From Bernardetia sp. ABR2-2B (GTDB taxonomy: Bacteria; Bacteroidota; Bacteroidia; Cytophagales; Bernardetiaceae): a stretch of DNA of 64,000 nt. The DNA lies in contig NZ_CP147020.1 in the NCBI RefSeq assembly GCF_037126435.1, positions 1,587,293-1,651,292 of the forward strand, written 5' to 3'. A program made the translations under genes and the position numbers. Below the pieces are notes generated by a model. It was not told the origin of the DNA. It did not search any database and saw only the letters and a list, made by a program, of their open reading frames with translations. Below, in pieces: positions 40,362 to 49,240 of the stretch (position 1 is its first letter; every line of letters begins with the position of its first letter).

Positions 40362-41309
40362 TTATTTTGTGAGTAAAGATTTTACTTTATTGGCTTGAAA
40401 AAACAATTTCATTCCTTTTTCTACACCAAAAAAATAACACCAACCTGTTAGCCCAGCTTTTTTAAAGTTAGGCGCTGTTTTGAGCTGTTTTCTTTCTATA
40501 CTTTGATAGAGATATTTTTCGATAGTCAAGTTATTTTGAACTGCTTGATATACAAAATTTAGAAGTTGATAATTGAGAGCTTCTGTTTTTTGATAATCAA
40601 GTTTATTATTTTGTTTCAGTTTTTGATAAAGACGAGCAAAAAATTTAGCAGAATTAATTGGCTCATAATGATTATAAACTGTTGTTACTCTATCCTCATT
40701 TTCGTAGTCATTTATCTGGCTGACATAATAGTCTGTAAAAGTACATGAAAAATCGCAGTCTAATAAAACTCTGAAGAAATAATCTACTACTTCCCATACT
40801 TTCATTTTTTCATCCCATTTTATAGTATTTTTTCTGACCATTACAGCAGAAATAGGCCACCACCTTTTTATGAGACTTGCCATTGGGTTGTCTAAATACT
40901 CAAAAAAAGAAAAGTCATTTTTCATTATTTCTCCTTTTGTGTTTAGGGTAGTCAGCCCAACCACTATGTCTGTATTTTTTTCGTTTTGCTTTTCTACAAG
41001 ATGAAGAATTGAATTAGGAAGAAGAGTATCATCAGCATCTAAAAAGATAAAAAAATCTCCTTTTGCTATTTCTAATCCTGCATTTCGGGCAGTGCAAACA
41101 CCTTTGTTTTCTTGAAAAATAGGTTTGATTTGAGAAAACTGTTTTGATAGGTTTTCAATAATTTTTTTAGAATTATCTTTCGAACCATCATCAATCAGAA
41201 TTACTTCAACATTTTTATAAGTCTCTTGCAAACAAGAATGTATAGCATTTTCTACAAACTCTTCTCCATTATAACAAGGAATAATGATTGAAATCAAAGG
41301 CAGTTTCAT
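40362..41309 (-). CDS. glycosyltransferase family 2
   Basis: ISIIIPCYNGEEFVENAIHSC…ILIDDGSKDNS. Confidence 0.8.
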   Translation of the reverse strand: MKLPLISIIIPCYNGEEFVENAIHSCLQETYKNVEVILIDDGSKDNSKKIIENLSKQFSQIKPIFQENKGVCTARNAGLEIAKGDFFIFLDADDTLLPNSILHLVEKQNEKNTDIVVGLTTLNTKGEIMKNDFSFFEYLDNPMASLIKRWWPISAVMVRKNTIKWDEKMKVWEVVDYFFRVLLDCDFSCTFTDYYVSQINDYENEDRVTTVYNHYEPINSAKFFARLYQKLKQNNKLDYQKTEALNYQLLNFVYQAVQNNLTIEKYLYQSIERKQLKTAPNFKKAGLTGWCYFFGVEKGMKLFFQANKVKSLLTK

Positions 41310-41329
41310 ATAAACAAGTTAATAGATGA

Positions 41330-42823
41330 CTATTTTTTTAAGAAAAGATTATAGAATTTTTTTTGAGGAAAAAATCGCATTGGAAATTTATTCTTTATCA
41401 AAAAATTATATAGCTTCAAGTATAGATAAATACTGTTTTTTTTGGTTTCAAATCTATTATTTTTTGTAAAGAGAGGAAATTTATACTCTTTTAATTCTTC
41501 TCCTCTTTCGCTAATGTAGTAACCATAAATAATTGCAGCTTCTTTTGATAGAGGTTCTAATTTTTTATCTTTTAGAATTGCTATTAATTTTTCAAAAGAA
41601 TCTGGAAAGTAAGCAGCATTTGGAATATTTTTATAAAACCCTGAACCATATACTATTGAAGGCTTTCCCCAAAAAGTTGATTCTACACCCATAGTAGAGC
41701 CAAAGCTAAGTATTTTATGGCTCTCTTCCATAAGTGCATACGTGTCTATATCTTCTGCTGGAAGAATAACTTCTACATTAGTATATTTTTGAGGTATCTG
41801 AATTATTTTCTGAACTTCAGCCGAATCAATTAAGTTTTTTTGGTTAGGGTGTATTCTGATGTAAAAAACATAGTTTGGATAATTTCTATCAAACTCTTCT
41901 ATCACTTGTTCCATAACATCACTCTGTCTTCCGTAGGTTTCCCAAATGTCACTACCTAATGCAGCTACTTCATCTTCTGAAGAGTTAAAAACAGAAATAA
42001 TATGTTTTCTATCTTCTTTATGCTTTTGAAAACTTGTTGGCAATTTATATTTCTTTTGACCTCCAATATGATTAATATCCATTTTTTCTTTGGGAACGCT
42101 TCCTTGCTTTCTATTAACAAACCAAGCTGTTCCTTTCTCTTTTGCTTCTTTTGGGTTTTTGTTACTAAACTCTATTGCAAGTTTTCCACTCAAATTTGTG
42201 TCATGAGGTAGCGTATTTTCAAAAGTTGTGTACTTATTAATCGTACTTCCTACCTCATAGGTAGTAAACGGTATATTTTGATTCCTACAATACTCTAAAA
42301 CAGTTCTGTATTCGACAATTCTTCCATTATAAAAATATACTTTATCAGGCTTTACTTCTTCAAAGATTGGAATTATAGAATCAATTATTGTATGGGCTGT
42401 GTTTGTTATGGCTTCCAAAAGCTCTTTATTATCTTTCAAACTAGCGTCTATGTCTCTCGTACAAGATATAAAAGAAGATGCGATTCCTATTCCTACATTT
42501 ATGTCTTTATAAAGGTATGGTTTTATATCTTCTATGTGTTTTGAGTTTTCGAAAGGATACGGTTTGGCTATGTTTTTCTTTAAAAAGAATATATTATTTT
42601 CATCTATATTTATGTCTTTCAATAGCGTTCTTTGTTTGTATTGGCATTGAATACAAGTGATATAAGACTTATTCGTTTTGAGTGCCGAACAATAATCTAC
42701 CCCTCTATCACAACCTACAAAATATAGCTCATTTCCTTTTTCTTTTTCTATTTTAGCCAACTCCATTGTCTCGGCCAAAATATCTTCTTGAAAAGCAATT
42801 GTATTAAAAAAAAGCACCTTCAT
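41330..42823 (-). CDS. capsule-polysaccharide biosynthesis protein, KpsC/KpsS/LpsZ-like (Capsule_synth-type) candidate
   Basis: C-terminal …SFGSTMGVESTFWGKPSIVYGSGFY… resembles the conserved S.G.E.L..GKP block of capsule phospho/glycosyl-transferases. N-terminal Cys pairs are present. The call is family-level only. Confidence 0.35.
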   Translation of the reverse strand: MKVLFFNTIAFQEDILAETMELAKIEKEKGNELYFVGCDRGVDYCSALKTNKSYITCIQCQYKQRTLLKDINIDENNIFFLKKNIAKPYPFENSKHIEDIKPYLYKDINVGIGIASSFISCTRDIDASLKDNKELLEAITNTAHTIIDSIIPIFEEVKPDKVYFYNGRIVEYRTVLEYCRNQNIPFTTYEVGSTINKYTTFENTLPHDTNLSGKLAIEFSNKNPKEAKEKGTAWFVNRKQGSVPKEKMDINHIGGQKKYKLPTSFQKHKEDRKHIISVFNSSEDEVAALGSDIWETYGRQSDVMEQVIEEFDRNYPNYVFYIRIHPNQKNLIDSAEVQKIIQIPQKYTNVEVILPAEDIDTYALMEESHKILSFGSTMGVESTFWGKPSIVYGSGFYKNIPNAAYFPDSFEKLIAILKDKKLEPLSKEAAIIYGYYISERGEELKEYKFPLFTKNNRFETKKNSIYLYLKLYNFLIKNKFPMRFFPQKKFYNLFLKK

Positions 42824-42840
42824 TGTATCGTATTATTTAA

Positions 42841-43656
42841 TTATCTGTAGTTGGAAAAATCAGGGAGAAGAAGTTCTGTGTAAACTAATTTATTATGGTA
42901 TTTAAGACATAGTGGATGAAATATATCTCCTAATATTTCTGTCCATTCGATGGGATAACCCTCATTGTCTCCCATTATATTTCCTTTGTTTTGCTTTAAA
43001 TTTTCATAAAAACCATCTAACCTTTTATGTAATTCGTTGTACCATTCTTGAGTAAAATAGGTAGCAGGACGAAAAATATAAGCACAATTACCTATCAATA
43101 ACGAATAATTTTCTCTTATATCGATTCCAATTGTTCCCAAAAGCTGTGCAGTCATTCCTTTACTAACTTCTCTATATCCCATCGCCCAACTTTCACTATC
43201 TTTATTGAATGCTTGAAAGGCTTCTTTCCAAGAATTTGAAGTGGCTTTTATATCAGAGTATCCACCTCCATAATGATGCATAAAATAACATCTCAAATAA
43301 TCTGATTTATGAACATGTGATAGATACGGATAAGCTTTATGTAAAGGAAAATCAGAAAGTATATAATCATCTAAATTATGAATGGTAATGAGTTTTACTT
43401 CCACACCACAATTTTCTTTTAGAGAAGTAAACGCCTTTTTTCGATTCTCAGACATTTCATTTTCTCCTGTCCAAAAACAATAAATAATAGGCTTTACATT
43501 TTCAATTTTGATAGTTGGTAGATGAATAGAGTTATTCAAAAATGATTTTTTATATCTTCCTTTCCTAAAATAATAAGGTTGAATATACCATCTTAGTCTT
43601 CTTGAGGCTACTCTTGCTCTTCGATATTGTTCTTTTATAAAAGATTTTATTTCCAC
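42841..43656 (-). CDS. GT32/Caps_synth-like glycosyltransferase (DXD sugar-binding region)
   Basis: …SDYLRCYFMHHYGGGYSDIK… matches the sD.lRy..l..yGG.Y.D.D block of Gly_transf_sug/Caps_synth. FWTG lies near the N-terminus. Confidence 0.5.
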   Translation of the reverse strand: MEIKSFIKEQYRRARVASRRLRWYIQPYYFRKGRYKKSFLNNSIHLPTIKIENVKPIIYCFWTGENEMSENRKKAFTSLKENCGVEVKLITIHNLDDYILSDFPLHKAYPYLSHVHKSDYLRCYFMHHYGGGYSDIKATSNSWKEAFQAFNKDSESWAMGYREVSKGMTAQLLGTIGIDIRENYSLLIGNCAYIFRPATYFTQEWYNELHKRLDGFYENLKQNKGNIMGDNEGYPIEWTEILGDIFHPLCLKYHNKLVYTELLLPDFSNYR

Positions 43657-43680
43657 TTCTAAGCTAGTTCGATTAATAAT

Positions 43681-44901
43681 TTATGAGTATGCTTTATTGA
43701 TTATGATATACATAATATATAAAAAGCCACTTACAAAATGAGCAAAAAATATAGCTCCTACTACTATATCTTTTGTTTCTATTTGTCTTGAAAAGATTTT
43801 TTTAAGGAAATGCGTCAAGAAAACAAGCATCATTATATAATTACACATAACTACTTGCCATAAAAAATTACCATCTCTATTATAATCTCCATTTGCTATT
43901 TCTGCAAAAAGAATCAGAATAGACAAGGCAGTCAGAACAAAAAACAAAGATAATAATTGTAGTTTAGAATATTTTTTATAAACTATTCCGTAGATAATTG
44001 GAAAAGTATAAATTCCTAAAAAGGCAAATAAGAACTTGAAATAAGTAACAAAGTCAGTTGCTCTCATCTGTGCATTCCAGCCTTGGAAAAGAGCTATTGT
44101 TATTCCTCCATTATTTTTTTGAGCATACTGTCCTCCTAACTCATTACTAAAAAGATGCAAAGATTGAGTAGCCAAAAGCAATAGGGGAACGATTACGGCA
44201 GGAAGAGCATACCAAAACTCTCTGTTCAATCTATACTTATATGCAATACATAAAAAGTAAATGGGAGAGAAGCATAAAGTAAAATTAGGCTTTATAAAAA
44301 AACACACAATGGCTAATAGATTAATGTATTTTGTGTAATTTTCCTTCTCTAAAAATATTTTCTTGTATGCTAAATAAAAAAGTAGTGTACTGAAAGGAAG
44401 CATAAAAATTGTGGTAGAATTATGCCACGTGTTGGGCATCAATTCTGCAAGATAAAAATATACGTGCTGCCTATACAAAATACTATTCAAAGGGATGTGC
44501 ATGACAAACGTAAGTAGAAATGCAAACACTTTGATTGTAGTTTCTCTTTCTGAAATGTCTACTTTTTGTTGCCTCAAACAATCTGTAATAATATATCTGC
44601 TTACACTATATTTAGCTGCCCACATAATGGAAAGGACTACTGCCGAAGCAATATATAAAATTACTATACTTTTTTGAAGACCTGCAAATATAGCTACCGT
44701 TCCAAAGTACAAGAAATTCATAGGCATTGCCTCAAAACCTTGTTCTAGCCACTTCAATACAAATTCAGCGTGTACTCTTACGTCTGTCCACATAGTTCCA
44801 CCCAAACGAGGATGTAACATATAGACATACACCATAAAGGAGAGAGCCAAAACGATATAGAATGTTTTGTCTTTCGCTACGAAGTTAATGATAGATTTCA
44901 T
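43681..44901 (-). CDS. polytopic membrane protein, candidate Wzy-like polymerase (paralog of 34248..35486)
   Basis: 406 aa with about 10 TM helices. Paralogy as described for 34248..35486. Confidence 0.45.
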   Translation of the reverse strand: MKSIINFVAKDKTFYIVLALSFMVYVYMLHPRLGGTMWTDVRVHAEFVLKWLEQGFEAMPMNFLYFGTVAIFAGLQKSIVILYIASAVVLSIMWAAKYSVSRYIITDCLRQQKVDISERETTIKVFAFLLTFVMHIPLNSILYRQHVYFYLAELMPNTWHNSTTIFMLPFSTLLFYLAYKKIFLEKENYTKYINLLAIVCFFIKPNFTLCFSPIYFLCIAYKYRLNREFWYALPAVIVPLLLLATQSLHLFSNELGGQYAQKNNGGITIALFQGWNAQMRATDFVTYFKFLFAFLGIYTFPIIYGIVYKKYSKLQLLSLFFVLTALSILILFAEIANGDYNRDGNFLWQVVMCNYIMMLVFLTHFLKKIFSRQIETKDIVVGAIFFAHFVSGFLYIMYIIINKAYS

Positions 44902-44931
44902 TATTTAATCAACTACAAATTATTTTTTGTC

Positions 44932-45648
44932 CTAAAACTCTTTTACCAAAGTTACTTTCTCAGTCAGTTCAAGCACTCTATTTACTTGCTGCTCAAATTC
45001 CAAATCTGTAGTATCTATTTCAATAGCATCATCAGCTTTTCTAAGTGGACTTTCTTCTCTAGTAGAATCTATAAAATCTCTTTTCTCAAGATTAGTAATA
45101 ATCTCTGAAAGCTCTACACTTTGCCCTAAACGCTCCAGTTCTTTTTGACGGCGCAATGCTCTAACAGGCACTTGTGCAGTCATAAATACTTTGAGTTCTG
45201 CGTTAGGAAAAACGACTGTTCCGATGTCTCTTCCATCCATTACAATTCTCTTTTTTTCTCCCATCAAACGCTGCTGTGCTACCAAAAAATGACGTACTTC
45301 AGCAATCGTACTTACTTCGCTTACTCGTTCTGAAATATGCATCTGACGAATAAGTGATTCTACATTTTCTCCATTCAAATAAATATGGCTACTTTTGGTT
45401 TCCTCATCAAACTTAAACTCTAATAAAATAGAAGTAAGTGCTTTTCTAACTTGTCCTTTGCTAAAATGATCTACCTTATGGCGATAGAAATAGAGCGTTA
45501 CGGCTCTATACATAGCCCCAGTATCGATATAGGCATAACTCAAGCGAGAAGCAACAGCTTTTGCCGTGCTGCTTTTCCCACAACCTGAATAGCCATCAAT
45601 AGCAATAATGATATTTTTGGTTTCTATATTTTGATGAGATTGATTCAT
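44932..45648 (-). CDS. cmk: (d)CMP kinase
   Basis: P-loop IIAIDGYSGCGKSSTAKAVASRLSYAYIDTGAMYRAV is the canonical Cmk N-terminus. Start is chosen at the Met at 45648. The listed ORF extends a further 15 codons to 45693. Confidence 0.85.
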   Translation of the reverse strand: MNQSHQNIETKNIIIAIDGYSGCGKSSTAKAVASRLSYAYIDTGAMYRAVTLYFYRHKVDHFSKGQVRKALTSILLEFKFDEETKSSHIYLNGENVESLIRQMHISERVSEVSTIAEVRHFLVAQQRLMGEKKRIVMDGRDIGTVVFPNAELKVFMTAQVPVRALRRQKELERLGQSVELSEIITNLEKRDFIDSTREESPLRKADDAIEIDTTDLEFEQQVNRVLELTEKVTLVKEF

Positions 45649-45808
45649 AGCATTTGATATTTTTTCAAAAAATAATGTGTCGCAAAGGTACAAAACTTAT
45701 AGAAATAATTTTATGCTGCTCTCAAAACAAAACTCTTTTGTTAGTTTTAGTTTAATAGATGTAATTTTGTTGTATCCTATTCAAGTAAAAAATAATTACG
45801 GATTTAAA

Positions 45809-46357
45809 ATGATGAACACCAACAAACTCAAAAAGATGACTTTATTGAAAAATACACTAGTTATTTTCGCTTTACTTTTCTTATTTAGTTGTACAGCAAA
45901 TCAAGGAGATTATACGATTCCTACAGATGCTTATATTGTAGCGAAATTTGTAGTTTTAGATGAAAAACTAAGTCCAAAAAATCAAAATTGTGTCGCAGAA
46001 ATTAATAATTTTAAAAAATTTGATTTTCATAAACATTGCTCTTTTTTGCTAGAAGAAATGGAATTTGATATAGATGAACAATATATTTTTGATAAAAGTG
46101 GAGAGTTAATTGGTTATTTAGATTATAAATCAGAAGGTGCAATTATTTATTCATGGGAAAATTCTGAAAATTTATCTGATTGGGATTCACTTTACCAAAA
46201 TAATAAACATAGTTTTTTAGAAGATAAAAAATATATTATTGATAGTTCTGATACTTTAGAAATTGAGCGTATTTTTTCAGATGAAAAACTAATTTTTACA
46301 AAAAGAACACAAAAACAAATTGAAGATAGTAGAAGAGTAATTTATCAATATGAATAA
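45809..46357 (+). CDS. hypothetical lipoprotein
   Basis: In-frame Met at 45809 gives MMNTNKLKKMTLLKNTLVIFALLFLFSCTANQ (signal plus lipobox). The upstream part of the listed ORF overlaps the cmk start and is unlikely to be coding. Confidence 0.5.
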   Translation: MMNTNKLKKMTLLKNTLVIFALLFLFSCTANQGDYTIPTDAYIVAKFVVLDEKLSPKNQNCVAEINNFKKFDFHKHCSFLLEEMEFDIDEQYIFDKSGELIGYLDYKSEGAIIYSWENSENLSDWDSLYQNNKHSFLEDKKYIIDSSDTLEIERIFSDEKLIFTKRTQKQIEDSRRVIYQYE

Positions 46358-46393
46358 AATTTGATTATCCCTTTCCCACCAAAAAATTGTAAT

Positions 46394-46582
46394 TTTAACG
46401 TAAACTCGGGATTATACCTACTGACTGTCAAATAGTTAGCCTGTTCTTTTTAATCTTCGATGCTGTCCTTTCGGGCTGACCTTGATTAAAAATAGGTCAG
46501 TCTCGTTAGAGCAGACCGAAAGTAGCTTTCCTTGTAGATAGAGAGATATTTCAGACTGTTTTTAATACCGAGTTCACGTTAA
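46394..46582. repeat. 189-bp MITE-like or structured element bounded by 15-18-bp terminal inverted repeats
   Basis: The left end TTAACGTAAACTCGG (46394-46408) is the reverse complement of the right end CCGAGTTCACGTTAA (46568-46582) with 1 mismatch. The interior carries nested GGTCAG/CTGACC hairpin motifs. The core ATAGGTCAGTCTCGTTAGAGCAGACC recurs in inverted orientation at about 51040-51075. Confidence 0.55.
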
Positions 46583-46730
46583 TTTTAGATAAGACAAAAA
46601 TTATATGAAAATTAAAAAGGAATTATAAATAATTTCAAACATTCTCAACGTAAAGCCTAATCCTTACGTTCTACTTATACACAGTAAAAAGAAATTTATC
46701 CTAACTAAAAACTAAGCTACAAATCTCTGT

Positions 46731-47891
46731 ATGCCCTCTCAAAACCATTCACGTAACTCTAATAATTCACGAAGAAGAAGAAGAAAAAAAGATTCTTGGC
46801 GTAGGCGAAATACAAGACGTACATTTCGTTTTATCAATAGTATCGTTTTGGTAGTTTCTTGTATTGCATATTTGTCTGTTCTTGTTTCTCCTGAATACTT
46901 TTGGTTTGCAGGTTTTGTTTCAATGTCAATTCCTTTTTGTTTGATAGCTAATATTTTTTTTGTTTTTCTGTGGTGGTGGCGCAAACGATGGTATGCACTT
47001 TATTCTTTGTTTATTTTATTGCTTGGTTTTCCTTTTTTTCTAGCCAGTATAAGTTTGGGAGGAATTTGGAATGAAAATATTGAAAACGACAAAAATTACT
47101 TATCAGTTTTGTCTTATAATGTAAGAGAGTTTGATATTTATCAAAGGCAGAAAGATGACTATACAGTTACCAAAAACACTATTAAGTGGATAAAAAACGA
47201 TACTTCAGATGTAAAATGTATTCAAGATTTTTATAACTCTGAAAGCGCAAAAATATTTAATACAAGGGAAAAGTTATCAGAACAAGATTCAGAAACTCCT
47301 TATAATTTTCATGTTCGCTATACATCTGCAAATCATCGTAAAGGTCAGTTTGGAATCGCCATTTTTTCGAAATATCCATTTATTAATAAAGGAGAAGTTA
47401 CTTTTAAAGTAAAGACAGATAATGGTGCTATTTTCGCTGATATCGTAAAAGGAAAAGATACAATCAGAATTTATAATATTCATTTGGAATCAATGAGCAT
47501 TAATCAAAACGAACTACAACTCATTGACCAGCCCGAGCAAACTTTTTGGTATGCAGGAAAACGCCTTAAAAGAGGATTTGCGATGAGAGCTGGGCAAGTA
47601 CAGACAATTGCAGAACACATAAAAACAAGTCCTTATCCTGTTATTTTGTGTGGAGATTTGAATGATTTGCCCTATAGTTATACCTATTTCAAACTTCGCA
47701 GAAACCTAAAAAACGCATTTGAAAGCAAAGGATTAGGAACAGGATTTACATTTAATGGAAAACTATTTTTTCTTAGAATAGATAATCAGTTTTATGATAA
47801 CGAAAATTTAGATTGTATTTATTTCAATACACATAGAGAAGTTCCCTTTTCAGACCATTACCCTGTTCGTGCAGTTTATGAAATAGAATAA
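46731..47891 (+). CDS. membrane-anchored endonuclease/exonuclease/phosphatase (EEP)-family protein
   Basis: Arg/Lys-rich N-terminus, 3 TM helices, then an EEP domain (…LSYNVREFD…IYNIHLESMS…ILCGDLNDLP…FSDHYPVRAVYEIE). Confidence 0.65.
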   Translation: MPSQNHSRNSNNSRRRRRKKDSWRRRNTRRTFRFINSIVLVVSCIAYLSVLVSPEYFWFAGFVSMSIPFCLIANIFFVFLWWWRKRWYALYSLFILLLGFPFFLASISLGGIWNENIENDKNYLSVLSYNVREFDIYQRQKDDYTVTKNTIKWIKNDTSDVKCIQDFYNSESAKIFNTREKLSEQDSETPYNFHVRYTSANHRKGQFGIAIFSKYPFINKGEVTFKVKTDNGAIFADIVKGKDTIRIYNIHLESMSINQNELQLIDQPEQTFWYAGKRLKRGFAMRAGQVQTIAEHIKTSPYPVILCGDLNDLPYSYTYFKLRRNLKNAFESKGLGTGFTFNGKLFFLRIDNQFYDNENLDCIYFNTHREVPFSDHYPVRAVYEIE

Positions 47892-48000
47892 AAAAGAAAA
47901 ATCTATTTTTTTGAGTACAAATGACTTTCAAAATCTAAAATGTTTTGATTTTTTGGTGTTCTATTCTTTATTTTTGCTCAAAAAAAGCGTTATTTGTAGT

Positions 48001-48534
48001 ATGAAAGAAGAAGAAAAAATAATAGAAGCAAGAGCAAAACTTAGTTTTGAAGAATACCTCCGACTAAACTTTTCACTATTACTACGTAGCAAAATGGTTT
48101 GGTTAAGTCTCTTTTTGGCGACTATGCTTATCGTGATGCTTTTGGAAAAACGCCTTACAGATGGGCAATGGGCAGATTCAGAACTAAAACTTGGTTTGCT
48201 TTTGAGCTTGACAGTTTCTTTATTTTTGGTATTGCCCTTACTCACTTACCTAAGAACGAAAAATTATTTTGAGAAAAACCCTTCTCTTTCAGAACTAACA
48301 ACTTTTTATTTTGAGCCTGAACGAATAGAAGTAGTTACCTTAGAAAGCCATACGACACTCACTTGGCGACGAATTTATAAAATAAGAGAATTCAAACATT
48401 ACTTGCTTATCTATCAAAATAGACATATTGCTTACGTAGTTCCCAAAAAATCCTTTGATTCGGTTTCAGATATGGAGGCAGTAAAAGAAATGATTCGTAG
48501 CAAAACAAAACTAGGATATCGTCTAAAAAGTTAA
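48001..48534 (+). CDS. hypothetical membrane protein (YcxB-like layout)
   Basis: Met at 48001 gives MKEEEKIIEARAKLSFEEYLRLN… followed by two TM helices and a soluble C-terminal domain. Upstream ORF codons are probably non-coding. Confidence 0.4.
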   Translation: MKEEEKIIEARAKLSFEEYLRLNFSLLLRSKMVWLSLFLATMLIVMLLEKRLTDGQWADSELKLGLLLSLTVSLFLVLPLLTYLRTKNYFEKNPSLSELTTFYFEPERIEVVTLESHTTLTWRRIYKIREFKHYLLIYQNRHIAYVVPKKSFDSVSDMEAVKEMIRSKTKLGYRLKS

Positions 48535-48631
48535 ATTATTTGAATCATTAACTATTAAATGACGGATAATCAACAACTAATCAACTCCTATTTTTTTATA
48601 CTATCCCAAATTTTTATTATCCTACAACGAT

Positions 48632-49162
48632 ATGCTTTGCTCTGTTTCTACTTTTGGTTTAGTTTTACTCTTTCTGATTGTCGGTGCTTTTTTTGCTCTA
48701 ATTGCTTTGAGTATTGGAAAAATTTTTCGTCCTAATAATCCTACACCAGAAAAAATAACTACCTATGAATGTGGAGAAGAAACTGTAATTGGAAGTTGGG
48801 GTAAGTTCAATATTCGTTTTTACTTAATTGCACTAGTTTTTGTACTCTTTGAGGTAGAAATTATATTTTTATTCCCTTGGTCAAAAATTCTGACTGATGC
48901 TAAATTACAAGCCTTAGAAAGTAATTGGAAAATATATGCGTTTACAGAAGGACTTTTATTTATTGGTATATTAGTGATGGGATTGGCTTACCTTTGGAAA
49001 AATAACTTTTTAGATTGGAATCTTGACTTTTCAGAAAAAGATAGAAACCAACCAAATAAATTAGAAAATTTAGATTTGTCTCAACAAGGCAAAGACGGAG
49101 AAAATAGTTCTAAGACAATTCCTAGTTCTGTTTATCAACAAATAAATATGCGTTATGACTAA
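48632..49162 (+). CDS. NADH-quinone oxidoreductase subunit A (NuoA/ND3)-like protein, orphan copy with a hydrophilic C-terminal tail
   Basis: Three TM helices. The diagnostic loop YECGEE… and FYLIALVFVLFEVEIIFLFPW match the NuoA/ND3 family. No other nuo genes are adjacent. Confidence 0.6.
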   Translation: MLCSVSTFGLVLLFLIVGAFFALIALSIGKIFRPNNPTPEKITTYECGEETVIGSWGKFNIRFYLIALVFVLFEVEIIFLFPWSKILTDAKLQALESNWKIYAFTEGLLFIGILVMGLAYLWKNNFLDWNLDFSEKDRNQPNKLENLDLSQQGKDGENSSKTIPSSVYQQINMRYD

Positions 49163-49240
49163 AAAACTACTACATAATTAAAATAAATTTGAATGGATAA
49201 CACCTCATTTTATAAAAAATAATTATCTAATAATCTCACT

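Noticed and set aside
45820-45840. Extra copy of the CACCAACAAA repeat core
   Set aside because: It occurs inside the lipoprotein ORF start (encoding MNTNKL) without the left arm or the GCTAAA loop, so it is coincidental.
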